From Synechococcus sp. (GTDB taxonomy: Bacteria > Cyanobacteriota > Cyanobacteriia > PCC-6307 > Cyanobiaceae), in NCBI GenBank assembly GCA_035284945.1, contig JAYKGS010000098.1, positions 69,372 through 133,371 on the forward strand: a stretch of 64,000 nt of DNA, read 5' to 3'. Under the pieces are notes generated by a model. It was not told the origin of the DNA, made no database searches, and saw nothing but the letters and a program-made list of their open reading frames with translations. The position numbers were made by a program, and so were the translations under genes. Shown here one piece after another: positions 40,813-50,511 of this stretch; within the stretch, counting starts at the first letter, position 1, and every line of letters starts with the position of its first letter.

Positions 40813-42002
40813 TCGGGTATGCAGCTGGCAAGGCTGGTTCAGCCCCACTGGGCAGACCCTTGCTGCTTCTCGCCATGGGCGCAGCTGCCCTGCCCCTGTT
40901 ACTGATCGGCTGTCGACCAGAGGCCCCCAAGGAGGATCCTCCTCAGCCATTTGTCTTCCGCTCCCTCAACCTGCGGCAAAAGGACAGCGCCGGTCAGCCC
41001 CTCTGGGAGTTGACCAGTCCGGAAGCCCGTTACGACCTCGGCCGCAAGATTGCCCAGGCCCGTGGCCTGAGCGGCACCATCTATGTCAAGGGCCAGCCCG
41101 CCTATCGCCTCAATGCAACCGCCGGCACAGTGATCAATGACGGCGAGGTGGTGCAGCTCGAAGGCCTGACCAGGTTGGTCAGGGTGGGGCCAAAACCCCT
41201 GTTGATTACCGCCCGCAGACTGCGCTGGTACCCGCGCCAGGAGCGGATGGTGATTGATCACAGCCCCCAGGCAAGCCAGGGGGATCTGAATCTCAGCTCG
41301 AAGCGTGCCCTTGTTTTGCTGCAGCAGGAGAAACTGGAACTGCGCGACCATCCCTTGCTGGTACGCAGCGGCGGCGAACGGCTGACCCTGGCCCTGAAGG
41401 CTGTGGACTGGTATGCCCGCACGGGCCAGTTGGTGGGCACGGGCCCAGTGAGGGGTGAGCGTCGTCTCCCGGCCCAGGTCGTGCAGACCCTCACCTCGCC
41501 ACGCCTAAGCGGCAATTCCCTGGCACGGGTGATCGATCTGGCTGCGCCTGTGCAACTGCTCGACCCGAGCCGCAAGGCCCGCCTCGATGCCAGGGACACG
41601 CGCATTGAAATGGCCCTCGAGCGCATCAGCAGTCCGCACCCGTTCACCGCAAAGCTCGACCAGTCAAGCTTGAGCGGCCAGGGCTTTGAGGTGTTGGGTC
41701 GCAGCCAGACCGTGGTGATTTCCCGGTCCTGCCGGATCCAACAGCCCGGAGACTACCTGGAGGCAAGTAGGTGCAGCTGGAACTGGCAGACCAACGAAGT
41801 AAGCGCCGATGGTGATGTGGTGCTCCGCCGGGACAACCTCGAGCAAACCACTCGAGCCGAGCGACTAACTGGTCTGCTCAGCAAGCAGGGGCGCGCCGAA
41901 TTCAGCAATCCGGGGAGTGTGGTGCGGAGTCAGGTGAAGGTGCCATCCCGTTCTGCATCGGGGCCTCGGCGATCGACCCAACCCCCTCCATTCGTCCCGT
42001 GA
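40809..42002 (+). CDS. lptC: LPS export periplasmic protein LptC (cyanobacterial long form)
   Basis: Lipobox-like LLIGC, FVFRSLNLRQKD..GQPLWELTSPEARY, beta-rich repeats; 4-nt overlap with metG. Confidence 0.78.
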   Translation: MIGYAAGKAGSAPLGRPLLLLAMGAAALPLLLIGCRPEAPKEDPPQPFVFRSLNLRQKDSAGQPLWELTSPEARYDLGRKIAQARGLSGTIYVKGQPAYRLNATAGTVINDGEVVQLEGLTRLVRVGPKPLLITARRLRWYPRQERMVIDHSPQASQGDLNLSSKRALVLLQQEKLELRDHPLLVRSGGERLTLALKAVDWYARTGQLVGTGPVRGERRLPAQVVQTLTSPRLSGNSLARVIDLAAPVQLLDPSRKARLDARDTRIEMALERISSPHPFTAKLDQSSLSGQGFEVLGRSQTVVISRSCRIQQPGDYLEASRCSWNWQTNEVSADGDVVLRRDNLEQTTRAERLTGLLSKQGRAEFSNPGSVVRSQVKVPSRSASGPRRSTQPPPFVP

Positions 42003-42603
42003 GGCGGCGGGCCCAGCCCTCCAGCCAGCTGAGGTCGCTGCGAGTGAAGCAGCGCGGGGCCCAGCCCCCCAGCACCACCAGTCCATCGGAGCCGAAGGGC
42101 TGAACCACCACTGCCGGCAAACCCGGGCTCAACCCCTCAAACTCAGAACGTCCCGGATAGAGACGAAGATCCACAAGCGAGACAACCTTGCCCCTGCTTT
42201 GGGCGATGCCGCAGATCGCTCCTGGCTCAAAAGCCGAATCCGCCAGAAGGCCCCGGCGCAGCAGACAGCGTCCCTGCCAAAGCACCAATACCACCGCTGC
42301 TGCACTGGCGGTGAGGAGCATCTGACTGCCCCAGCCAAGCTCCTCAGCCAGTTCCATTGGAAGATCGGCAGCCAGCTCCAACCCCTGGCTGCCCTGGAGC
42401 GCGACCCGGGCCTGGGCCTCGGGTACGGCCCGGGTCCACAGCACTCCCACCAGCATCAGGCCCACGGCCAGGATGCTGGCAAGCACAGCTGCCCGCTCCA
42501 GTGGCGGATCGATCGAAGCTGCTGTCGTCTGGTTAAGCACCACTAAGGTCAGGGACAGACCACCCGACCAAAGGCACACCCGTGCGGGTATGGAGACTGT
42601 CAT
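41902..42603 (-). CDS. Cofactor assembly of complex C subunit B (CCB2/CCB4-like)
   Basis: Two N-terminal TM helices, ELGWGSQMLLTASAA, LYPGRSEF, VVVQPF, PRCFTRSD..W. Confidence 0.78.
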   Translation of the reverse strand: MTVSIPARVCLWSGGLSLTLVVLNQTTAASIDPPLERAAVLASILAVGLMLVGVLWTRAVPEAQARVALQGSQGLELAADLPMELAEELGWGSQMLLTASAAAVVLVLWQGRCLLRRGLLADSAFEPGAICGIAQSRGKVVSLVDLRLYPGRSEFEGLSPGLPAVVVQPFGSDGLVVLGGWAPRCFTRSDLSWLEGWARRLTGRMEGVGSIAEAPMQNGMAPSPDSAPHSPDC

Positions 42604-42670
42604 TTTCCCACACCAGCCGGCGAGACCGGGCGGAGCAGGGGCAAACTAGGGGTAAGCGTGACCTTCTCCG

Positions 42671-43366
42671 TTGCCGAAATCTTCGCAACCAAGCCGTTGG
42701 TTCCTCCTGATGGCTCTGCTTGCTGCTCTGGCAAGCACTTTACTTAGTCTCCTCACCGCCGGTGCAGCCCTGGCGGTCTCCATTGGCGACTTCCCCGCCA
42801 CGCCGCCCCAGGAGAGGATTCTGGATACGGCTGGCGTGCTCAGCAGGGCAGCCATAGCCGAGCTCGGCAAAACCCTGGAACGGTTCAGCTCGGACCGAAT
42901 TGATGCCCACCTGATCACGGTGGGGCGACTTGATTACGGGCTAGCTCTCCCCCAGCTCGGGGCACAGATTCTGGAGCAGTGGCAGCAGGCAGGAGACGAA
43001 CCGAACCAACTTTTGTTCTTGATTGACAGCCAGACCAACAGTGCAACGGTGGTTTCCTCGCCCGAACTAAACGGTCAGTTGGATCCAACCCTGCTTCGGA
43101 GCACGGGGCGCACCACGATGACCCTGCCGATTCGGGAGGGAGGAAGATACCGTCAGGGGAGCCTGGACGCCATGAATCGTCTGCTGAGCGTGCTTGATGC
43201 AGGTATGGATCCGGGTGAACCAGTTGCTGTAGAGGTCGTAAGTCAATCAACTAATATCCCCACTAAGGAGGAAACCGCCTCAAGCAGTGCCTTCACCTGG
43301 ATAGTTTTACTGCTTGTGGCAGGAACGCTGGTACCGATGCTCACCTGGTGGGTTTTCTCGCGCTGA
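42671..43366 (+). CDS. psb32: Photosystem II repair protein Psb32 (TPM domain)
   Basis: Signal peptide, ILDTAGVLSRA, RLDYG, GRYRQG, DPGEP, C-terminal TM LLVAGTLVPMLTWW. Confidence 0.88.
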   Translation: MPKSSQPSRWFLLMALLAALASTLLSLLTAGAALAVSIGDFPATPPQERILDTAGVLSRAAIAELGKTLERFSSDRIDAHLITVGRLDYGLALPQLGAQILEQWQQAGDEPNQLLFLIDSQTNSATVVSSPELNGQLDPTLLRSTGRTTMTLPIREGGRYRQGSLDAMNRLLSVLDAGMDPGEPVAVEVVSQSTNIPTKEETASSSAFTWIVLLLVAGTLVPMLTWWVFSR

Positions 43367-43369
43367 ACC

Positions 43370-44515
43370 ATGGCACTCACCGACTGGATGGGAACCTTCG
43401 GGCGCGCCCAGGCCGTTGACCTCAGCAACGAGCTGGAGCGGGGATACGAAGCTGCCCTGTTGATTCAGAGTATTGAACTGGAGCATTACAACGATCGCCC
43501 GGTCAGACCCGAGCTTGATCTGCGTATACCTCGAGCCTCCCAGGCCCAATTGCTGAGGAGATTCCGGGCAGCCCTTGAGCTCTGCCGCCAGGCCCTGGCA
43601 AGCCTGCAATCCCATCGAGGTGAAATGGCGGGTCAGGAAATTCGCCAACTTCAGTTGATTCAGGCTGTGGTCTCCCGCTACAGCGATAAGCGTGATCCCC
43701 TTCCCACCATCAGCCGGTCGCCGGAGGTGCTGCCTCGCAGCCTGATCGGGGTGGTTGACCAGGTCAGGCGCCAATTGGACCCAGAAGCAGAAGCAAATGT
43801 GGTTGCAGGTTTTCGCCGCCGCCGCGATTCCACTCTGGTCTCACTACGCATTCTCCTGCTGTTGATTCTGGTACCCGTGCTGGTTCAGCAGATCAGCCGC
43901 ACCTATGTGATTTCGCCCCTTGTAGATCGCTTTGCTCCAGACAACGCTTTTCTGACCTACCCGAAGCCAAAGTTGGAAGAACAGGCGGTCGAGAAATTGC
44001 GAGTATTCCAGGCAGAGATTGAGTTTGATGCCCTGCTCAAGGGAAAACCCCTGCCAAGTCGCGAAGAGCTGCAATCCCAACTGGCCGAGAAGGCCGACCA
44101 ACTCAAGGAGGAAGCAGATCTGGAGAGCACCCACGCAATCAAGAATGTGCTTTCAGACCTGGGTGGCCTGGTGGGTTTTGTGCTGGTTTGTATATTCGGA
44201 CAACGCGATATCCAGGTTCTTCGAGGTTTTCTCGATGAACTGATATACGGACTGAGTGACAGCGCCAAGGCTTTTGCAATCATCCTTGCGACTGACATTT
44301 TCGTGGGCTTTCACAGCCCGGAAGGATGGACCGTGCTGCTCGACGGTGTCGCCCACCATCTCGGGCTGCCGGCTCGGGAAAATTTCATAATGCTGTTCAT
44401 AGCTACCTTTCCAGTGGTGCTTGCCACCGTCTTCAAATATTGGATCTTCAGATATCTAAACCGTGTTTCGCCTTCTTCCGTAGCAACATTGCGCAATATG
44501 AATGGTGGAGGTTGA
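43370..44515 (+). CDS. pxcA: Proton extrusion protein PcxA (CemA family)
   Basis: YGLSDSAKAFAIILATDIFVGFHSPEGW, FIATFPV.LATVFKYWIFRYLNRVSPSSVAT. Confidence 0.95.
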   Translation: MALTDWMGTFGRAQAVDLSNELERGYEAALLIQSIELEHYNDRPVRPELDLRIPRASQAQLLRRFRAALELCRQALASLQSHRGEMAGQEIRQLQLIQAVVSRYSDKRDPLPTISRSPEVLPRSLIGVVDQVRRQLDPEAEANVVAGFRRRRDSTLVSLRILLLLILVPVLVQQISRTYVISPLVDRFAPDNAFLTYPKPKLEEQAVEKLRVFQAEIEFDALLKGKPLPSREELQSQLAEKADQLKEEADLESTHAIKNVLSDLGGLVGFVLVCIFGQRDIQVLRGFLDELIYGLSDSAKAFAIILATDIFVGFHSPEGWTVLLDGVAHHLGLPARENFIMLFIATFPVVLATVFKYWIFRYLNRVSPSSVATLRNMNGGG

Positions 44516-45065
44516 GGCACTTTGCGGCTGTCATCTTGTTCTCGGGCCTGCACGCAGTGGCAAAAGTCGCTGGGCAGAAACTCTGGCTCTGCGGTCAGGC
44601 CTGTCGGTTACCTATTTAGCCACCGGTCCCGGACCCTCAAGCGACGACCCTGCCTGGAATGCCCGCATAACAATCCATCGCCGGCGCCGACCAGCGAGCT
44701 GGCACACCAGGGAGGTGGGGGCGTACCTGCCGGAGAACCTGGCCGAACTCTCCACCCCCGGGCTGGCGCTGGTCGACTCCCTAGGCAGCTGGGTAGCTGC
44801 CGAGCTTGAGCTGGACGCCCTTGCTTGGCAGAAGCGTTGCTCGCTCCTCCGGAACTGCCTGCTTGCCCTGCCGATGCCAGTCGTGCTGGTAAGCGAGCAG
44901 GCCGGCTGGGGGGTGGTGCCACCAACCGCAATCGGCGGCCTGTTTCGTGACCGCCTTGGCAGCCTGGAGCAGGAACTTACGCCCCTGTGCAGCGGCCTGT
45001 GGCTGGTGATCGCCGGGCGGGCCCTCGACCTACGCGCCCATAGCCTTGCGATACCCGAGAGCTGA
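44502..45065 (+). CDS. cobU: Adenosylcobinamide kinase / adenosylcobinamide-phosphate guanylyltransferase
   Basis: GPARSGKSRWAE, RI..HR.RRP..W, LVDSLG, VSEQAGWGVVP, FRDRLG. Confidence 0.93.
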   Translation: MVEVEALCGCHLVLGPARSGKSRWAETLALRSGLSVTYLATGPGPSSDDPAWNARITIHRRRRPASWHTREVGAYLPENLAELSTPGLALVDSLGSWVAAELELDALAWQKRCSLLRNCLLALPMPVVLVSEQAGWGVVPPTAIGGLFRDRLGSLEQELTPLCSGLWLVIAGRALDLRAHSLAIPES

Positions 45066-45083
45066 AACCAGCTGGGGCCAATA

Positions 45084-45605
45084 ATGCCGCGGATCGTTCT
45101 TTACCAGCCGCAGATTCCCCCCAATACGGGCAACGTGGCACGCACTTGCGCCGCCACAGGCACCGAGCTTCACCTGATCGAGCCACTGGGCTTCCAGATC
45201 GACGATCGCCAGCTCAGGCGGGCCGGCCTGGATTATTGGCCCCTCGTAGATCTGGAACGCCACCGGCAGTGGCAAGCATTCCTCAACCATCGCAGCAGCA
45301 GGGGCGGTCGCCTGATCAGCCTCAGCAGTCATGCTGAAATTCCCTACTGCGACTGGAATTTTGAGGCGGATGACTGGTTGTTGTTCGGTCGTGAAAGCGA
45401 CGGGCTGCCCAGTACGGTCCAGGGTGTCACCGATGCAAAACTCGTAATTCCCATGGTCCATGCAGCAGGTTTGGGCCAGCCGGGGGTGCGCAGCCTGAAC
45501 CTCTCGGTGGCAGTTGGGGTGGTGCTGTTCGAAGCCCTGCGTCAACTGGATTTGCTGACGTTGCCGGGATCGCCAGCCAGCACAGGGATAGGGGCTGGTC
45601 GCTGA
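45084..45605 (+). CDS. trmL: tRNA (cytidine/uridine-34-2'-O)-methyltransferase
   Basis: PQIPPNTGNVARTCA, LRRAGLDYW, FGRESDGLP, RSLNLS. Confidence 0.95.
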   Translation: MPRIVLYQPQIPPNTGNVARTCAATGTELHLIEPLGFQIDDRQLRRAGLDYWPLVDLERHRQWQAFLNHRSSRGGRLISLSSHAEIPYCDWNFEADDWLLFGRESDGLPSTVQGVTDAKLVIPMVHAAGLGQPGVRSLNLSVAVGVVLFEALRQLDLLTLPGSPASTGIGAGR

Positions 45606-45711
45606 GCAGCAGGGAACACTGCCCTCTTGTGCCGTTCGGGTTCGTCCGCTAACTTCTGGCCGTCTTGTGGGCGTCGGCTTCTCCACAGGGCCTAACCCTC
45701 GGAGGAATCGG

Positions 45712-46734
45712 ATGAAGCCTTTGAAATTCGGTCTGAGAATCCTGATTCCCTGCGCCGTGGCTTTGCCTGCGGTGGTGTGCGCTCTGGCACCAGACGAATT
45801 TCATGGCGATTCCGTAGATCACCTTCTGGCTGCCCTGCCTGCGCCGGGCAGTGACAGAATCTGGGTTAAAGTACGCGAGAAAATCAGCGTAGAGGAGCTT
45901 TCAAGCTCCCTGAAGGTTGAAGAAGAGCAGCTCGCCAAGCTCAATGATGTAAACGAGGACCACAGCTTCACCCGTGGTGACTGGCTCGTAGTGCCTAGCC
46001 AGCAGGGACGCCAGTTAATGCAGATCGCCTCAATCGATCCCAGTGACCTGCGACGGACTCCCCCCATGCAGGCACTGCCCCCGGTGCAGGACGCCGCCTT
46101 GGTGCGTTTCGGTGACACCCTCGCAAAAATCTCCCAGCGATACGGCCTCACCCTGCAGGAATTGCTTCGTTTGAATCCGGGCCTTGAGACGGCGAGGCTC
46201 GTGGTCGGCAGTCAGGTCCGCCTGGCCCAATCCGCCCCAGGTCGTACAAGATTGCTGCTGGGCCTGAAGCCCACTGCCAGTGGCGGGATCAGCTGGCCGG
46301 AGTTGCCCGGCTTCGAAGGTCCTACCAATCCATTCGAGGGGCCAGCCTCCCCCCATGGTTGGATATGGCCTACCAAGGGAGTGTTCAGCTCGGGCTTCGG
46401 CTGGCGCTGGGGCAGGATGCACAAGGGCATCGATGTGGCTAACAACGTTGGCACCCCGATCGTGGCAGCCAAAGCCGGCAGGGTTGCATTTGCGGGCTGG
46501 CACGATGGGGGGTATGGCTATCTGGTCACCCTGGCCCATGCCGATGGCAGCCGCTCTCTCTATGCCCACAACAGTCGTCTGATGGTTCAGGAAGGTCAGG
46601 ATGTGGAGCAGGGAGCTGTCATCTCCCAGATGGGCAGTACCGGTCGCAGCACCGGCCCCCACCTCCACTTCGAAATTCATCCGGCCGGTGCCGGAGCAGT
46701 GAACCCCCTGCAGTTGCTGCCCCCGCGGGCCTGA
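45712..46734 (+). CDS. LysM + M23 peptidoglycan DD-metalloendopeptidase (NlpD-like)
   Basis: GGAGGA RBS; LysM GDTLAKISQRYGL; HKGID, YAH, STGPHLHFE. Confidence 0.93.
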   Translation: MKPLKFGLRILIPCAVALPAVVCALAPDEFHGDSVDHLLAALPAPGSDRIWVKVREKISVEELSSSLKVEEEQLAKLNDVNEDHSFTRGDWLVVPSQQGRQLMQIASIDPSDLRRTPPMQALPPVQDAALVRFGDTLAKISQRYGLTLQELLRLNPGLETARLVVGSQVRLAQSAPGRTRLLLGLKPTASGGISWPELPGFEGPTNPFEGPASPHGWIWPTKGVFSSGFGWRWGRMHKGIDVANNVGTPIVAAKAGRVAFAGWHDGGYGYLVTLAHADGSRSLYAHNSRLMVQEGQDVEQGAVISQMGSTGRSTGPHLHFEIHPAGAGAVNPLQLLPPRA

Positions 46735-46754
46735 TCCAGCCAGGCTTGAGTGCC

Positions 46755-46763
46755 TGATAAAAT
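46755..46763 (+). promoter_or_regulatory. Extended -10 promoter candidate for the tRNA gene
   Basis: TGnTAAAAT ending 10 nt before the mature tRNA start. Confidence 0.55.
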
Positions 46764-46773
46764 CTCAGGAGCT

Positions 46774-46847
46774 GGCTCGGTAGCTCAGCTGGTTAGAGCG
46801 TGGGATTCATAACCCCAAGGTCGGGAGTTCAAGTCTCCCCCGAGCCA
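46774..46847 (+). tRNA. tRNA-Met(CAT), probably elongator
   Basis: Acceptor GGCTCGG/CCGAGCC-A, D arm GCTC/GAGC, anticodon loop TTCATAA, T loop TTCAAGT; CCA not encoded. Confidence 0.93.
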
Positions 46848-46898
46848 TTCTTCTGTGCCCTTGCGGGTTCTGTTCATGTAACCGACCTGCAGCCGGTC

Positions 46899-47210
46899 TC
46901 AGCGGAGCTCAACTCCATTGAGTCGTTCGCGGAAAGAAGCCGAATCCGCACTCTCCTGCTGCGGGATATCGGTGGCAGCCCGTGCGGTGGCGAGCCCCTG
47001 GCCAGATGCACTGCGGCGGGACCTTGCATAGGCCTGGGAGCGCCCCTCGATGGCCCGGATCAATGACTTGCTGCGATTTACTTCACCGATACTCTGGCCT
47101 TCCTTGGGCCGCACCAAGGGGTTCGCTTTCAGCTCCGAGACAAGCTGGCTGAGCAGGCGGAAGTGCCCTGTGGTGTTGTACTTGCGCAGTACTGCCGGGT
47201 CCCAGCCCAT
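46899..47210 (-). CDS. Conserved hypothetical protein
   Basis: MGWDPAVLRKYNTTGHFRLL.QL..ELK..PL; divergent from the peroxiredoxin gene. Confidence 0.7.
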   Translation of the reverse strand: MGWDPAVLRKYNTTGHFRLLSQLVSELKANPLVRPKEGQSIGEVNRSKSLIRAIEGRSQAYARSRRSASGQGLATARAATDIPQQESADSASFRERLNGVELR

Positions 47211-47387
47211 GTCGCCATACTCCAATAATAATAAGTCAAGCCTATGGCCAGGAGGGAAGGGGAGCTGTGTTAAAATTTATGAGTCTTAACTGGAAATCGG
47301 TCCGACTTTACCTTCTGGCCCCTCGCGCAACGGCCTCTGTTTATCCGGTGTTCAGTCCGGTTTACCCTCCTCTGCCATCCAATCAGC

Positions 47388-47978
47388 ATGTCCAGGCTCG
47401 TAGGCCTTCAGGCTCCCGAATTCAGCGCCACCGCCGTGGTGGATCAAGAGTTCAAGGAGATCACCCTTTCCCAGTATCGCGGCAAGTACGTGGTGCTGTT
47501 TTTCTACCCGCTTGATTTCACGTTTGTCTGCCCTACCGAAATCACAGCCTTCTCAGATCGCTACAGCGATTTCTCAAGCCGCAACTGTGAAATTCTTGGC
47601 GTGTCAGTAGACAGCCAGTTCAGCCACCTTGCCTGGGTTCAGACAGATCGCAAAAATGGAGGTATCGGCGACATCGCCTATCCGCTCCTGGCCGATCTCA
47701 AGAAGGATATATCCCGTGCCTACGAGGTGCTTGACGAAGACGCCGGCGTGGCACTCCGCGGACTATTTATCATAGATCCTGATGGTGTGATCATGCAGAG
47801 CACAATCAATAACTTACCCGTGGGCCGCAGTGTCGACGAAACTTTGCGCCTCCTGCAGGCCTTTCAGCACATTCGTTCAAACCCGGATGAGGTCTGCCCT
47901 GCCAATTGGACTCCAGGTGAAAAGACCATGAACCCTGATCCGATCAAGAGCAAGGAATTTTTTGCCGCTGTCAACTGA
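47388..47978 (+). CDS. 2-Cys peroxiredoxin (AhpC/TSA)
   Basis: [39 protein letters not shown]. Confidence 0.97.
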   Translation: MSRLVGLQAPEFSATAVVDQEFKEITLSQYRGKYVVLFFYPLDFTFVCPTEITAFSDRYSDFSSRNCEILGVSVDSQFSHLAWVQTDRKNGGIGDIAYPLLADLKKDISRAYEVLDEDAGVALRGLFIIDPDGVIMQSTINNLPVGRSVDETLRLLQAFQHIRSNPDEVCPANWTPGEKTMNPDPIKSKEFFAAVN

Positions 47979-48633
47979 TCCAGTCCTTCAGACTGGACAA
48001 GAGGCGCTTGCCATCCACGCCACCGGTGCTGGGATCTGATGCCCTTTCAGGATGGGGCATCAATCCCAGCACGTTCCCCATCCCATTCGAAATTCCAGCC
48101 ACATTGGCCACTGACCCATTGGGATTTTTTGAGTAGCGCAACACCACCTGACCATTTGCCTCGAGCTCTGCCAGTTGGCTTGGATCACACTGGTAGCACC
48201 CTTCCCCATGGGCTATGGGCAAAACTATCTCCTCTCCAACTCCATAGTGCTTGAGCCAGCCGCAATTGCCTGGATTAACAACCAATTGAGTGGGTTCGCA
48301 TAGGAAGTGCAAATGGGCATTACGAGTGAGTGCTCCAGGCAACATGCCCATTTCCGTCAACACCTGAAACCCATTGCAGATGCCGAGCACGGGCCCTCCT
48401 GCCGCAGCAAATTCGCGCACTGCAGACAACAGGGGAGAAAAGCGGGCGATTGCCCCGCATCGCAGGTAGTCGCCATAGCTGAAACCACCGGGGATAACTA
48501 CGGCATCAACACCGGCCAGCTCAGCCTCTCCATGCCAAAGGAACTCGGTTGGCAGGCCCAGGCAACCCTCCAGGGCCCAGCGCACATCCCGATCACAGTT
48601 TGATCCGGGAAAGACAACGACACCTATCCTCAT
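47971..48633 (-). CDS. purQ: Phosphoribosylformylglycinamidine synthase subunit PurQ
   Basis: [38 protein letters not shown]. Confidence 0.97.
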   Translation of the reverse strand: MRIGVVVFPGSNCDRDVRWALEGCLGLPTEFLWHGEAELAGVDAVVIPGGFSYGDYLRCGAIARFSPLLSAVREFAAAGGPVLGICNGFQVLTEMGMLPGALTRNAHLHFLCEPTQLVVNPGNCGWLKHYGVGEEIVLPIAHGEGCYQCDPSQLAELEANGQVVLRYSKNPNGSVANVAGISNGMGNVLGLMPHPERASDPSTGGVDGKRLLSSLKDWIS

Positions 48634-48902
48634 GCGAGCTTCTCCTCACTGATCTCCAGCAGTTCTAGGGACCAGTTCTCAATCACGGGGTTGGCAAGCA
48701 GTCGATCACTGAGCAATTCCAGTTGGCTCTTGGCTGCAGCTTGGTCGCCAGCCTCAATTTCAAGGTCAATGGCCTTGCCGATTCGCAGCTTGCGCAGCCC
48801 AGCGATCCCAAGGCGAGCTGCAGCAGCCCTGGTGGCTTCACCAGCTGGATCAAGCACCGATGCTCTGAGGCAAACCTGTACACGTGCGTGGAAAAGGGGC
48901 AC
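48630..48902 (-). CDS. purS: Phosphoribosylformylglycinamidine synthase subunit PurS
   Basis: [20 protein letters not shown]; 4-nt overlap with purQ. Confidence 0.95.
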   Translation of the reverse strand: MPLFHARVQVCLRASVLDPAGEATRAAAARLGIAGLRKLRIGKAIDLEIEAGDQAAAKSQLELLSDRLLANPVIENWSLELLEISEEKLA

Positions 48903-49023
48903 CAGGGGAACTGGAGGTTTGTTAAATCTTGCCAGCTCGATGGTCCGCTTGCCCCTGGCCTAGCCAACTTGGAGATAGCCCCCTTCCCTACGGGCAGTGC
49001 AACAGCGGTTAACTCTCAGTGGA

Positions 49024-49410
49024 ATGAAGGCAAGCGAAGGCCTCTGGTGCATTGGCCTGCTCGCTCATGCAGCTGTCGGCGTTGGTGTGGTTCTTGGTTT
49101 GCCGCTGGGGCCTGCTGGCCAGGCCGCAGATCCCGTGCCCCTCCGCTGTCGGCTGGGCAATGGACCATGGCAGAGCTGCACCATGATCGTGGAGCGACCG
49201 GGTGAGCGCTGGGAAATCCTTGTGGCAGGAAGTCGTATCGGCTTTCGGCACGACGGCAGCGGCACCGTCTCAATGAACAATCCCTCCAATAGCCCACTGC
49301 GCAACCAGCCCAGGGGCAGGGGGTGGATACCAGTGGAAACAAACTGGATTTCCGGCCCAGCCCTTTGCTGGGACGGGGTCTGCGCCCAAGGCGACATTCC
49401 CCTTGATTGA
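49024..49410 (+). CDS. Hypothetical exported protein
   Basis: Signal-like N-terminus, CRLGNGPWQSC, FRHDGSG, LCWDGVCAQGDIPLD. Confidence 0.7.
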   Translation: MKASEGLWCIGLLAHAAVGVGVVLGLPLGPAGQAADPVPLRCRLGNGPWQSCTMIVERPGERWEILVAGSRIGFRHDGSGTVSMNNPSNSPLRNQPRGRGWIPVETNWISGPALCWDGVCAQGDIPLD

Positions 49411-49424
49411 GCAGGCCTATCTGT

Positions 49425-50510
49425 TCAGAGCGGTGTAGCCGCTTCACGCAGGAAGGCCTCGATGCTGGCGCTTTGGAGCTCGAAGCCAAGCAGCACCAAC
49501 TCCAGCCCTGGCTTGCGACCCGCCAAATCGTGCTGGAGGCAGGGGGCAGCAGATTCGTACCAGCACTCCAGGCGCGGCCCCACGGCCTGGATCTGCAGGG
49601 GGCGGGTCTTGCCAGGACTCCACAGGTGTCCTTTGACTCTGAGCAGTCCTGGGCCTTTGAGCAGAAGTTGCTGCAACTTCTGCTCAAAGGCCTTGGGCTC
49701 GAATGATCCTTCCAGGTGAAGGGCCATCGATTCGATCGCCACGTGGCTGTGGTCATGGAGGTGATCGCCCTGGTCGTTAAACCCACCCTGCCCGTCTCCA
49801 GCTACTGAGGAGTAATTCCTTGTCATGCCAAGCACAAGCTCCGGGGGAACCTCACCCCGGCCCATCGGAACCACTGCCACGGCAGATCGCACACGGGGGG
49901 CCAGGCGGTGCCGAACGTCCTCGAGTCCTTCTCTGGAGAGGCGGTCAGCTCTGCTGATAAGAACCAGATCAGCCGCCTCCAGTTGTTCTCCAAACAGCTC
50001 ATCGATGCCTGCCGCGTGGTCGAGGCTGGGATCGGAGAGGCGTTGGGCCTCCAGTGCCGATGGGTCAGCGACGACAGCACCAGCGCTCAGGGCCTCACCA
50101 TCGACAACTGCAACCACCCCGTTGAGCCTGATTCGGGTGCGGATCTCGGGCCAGTGGAGGGCCGCGATCAGGGGTTCTGGCAGGGCGAGACCGCTGGTTT
50201 CAATGACAATGCCATCGAGACTTTCAGCCCGCTCCAGCAGGCGCCCCATGGTGGGCAGGAACTCTTCCTGAACCGTGCAGCACAGGCAACCGTTAGCCAG
50301 TTCCACCAATCTGGAATCGACCTCTTCTTCAGGACAGAAGCCGCAGCTGCGCAGCAGATCGCCATCTATGCCTACCTCCCCGAACTCATTGACCAGCACG
50401 GCAAGTCGCTGGCCACTGTGGAGAAGCAGGTGACGCAGCAGAGTGGTCTTACCCGCGCCCAGAAACCCTGTGACCACGGTGACGGGAAGGCGCTTGGTGA
50501 CTGGCTTCAT
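49425..50510 (-). CDS. cobW: CobW (COG0523 G3E GTPase metallochaperone)
   Basis: GFLGAGKTT, NEFGEVGIDG, NGCLCC, ETSGLALP, His cluster DHLHDHSH, LRVKG. Confidence 0.93.
   Translation of the reverse strand: MKPVTKRLPVTVVTGFLGAGKTTLLRHLLLHSGQRLAVLVNEFGEVGIDGDLLRSCGFCPEEEVDSRLVELANGCLCCTVQEEFLPTMGRLLERAESLDGIVIETSGLALPEPLIAALHWPEIRTRIRLNGVVAVVDGEALSAGAVVADPSALEAQRLSDPSLDHAAGIDELFGEQLEAADLVLISRADRLSREGLEDVRHRLAPRVRSAVAVVPMGRGEVPPELVLGMTRNYSSVAGDGQGGFNDQGDHLHDHSHVAIESMALHLEGSFEPKAFEQKLQQLLLKGPGLLRVKGHLWSPGKTRPLQIQAVGPRLECWYESAAPCLQHDLAGRKPGLELVLLGFELQSASIEAFLREAATPL
49652..49692. repeat. Perfect 20-1-20 bp palindrome inside cobW
   Basis: GGCCTTTGAGCAGAAGTTGC T GCAACTTCTGCTCAAAGGCC. Confidence 0.97.
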
Positions 50511-50511
50511 C

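Noticed and set aside
45606-45711. c-di-AMP riboswitch ahead of the LysM/M23 peptidase
   Set aside because: Only a GCTAACT word matches; the GCTGAA and GGGG/CCCC helices are missing and the gap is short.
46774-46900. tRNA-Met as the integration site of a genomic island
   Set aside because: No integrase and no duplicated tRNA 3' end seen; the flanking genes are core.
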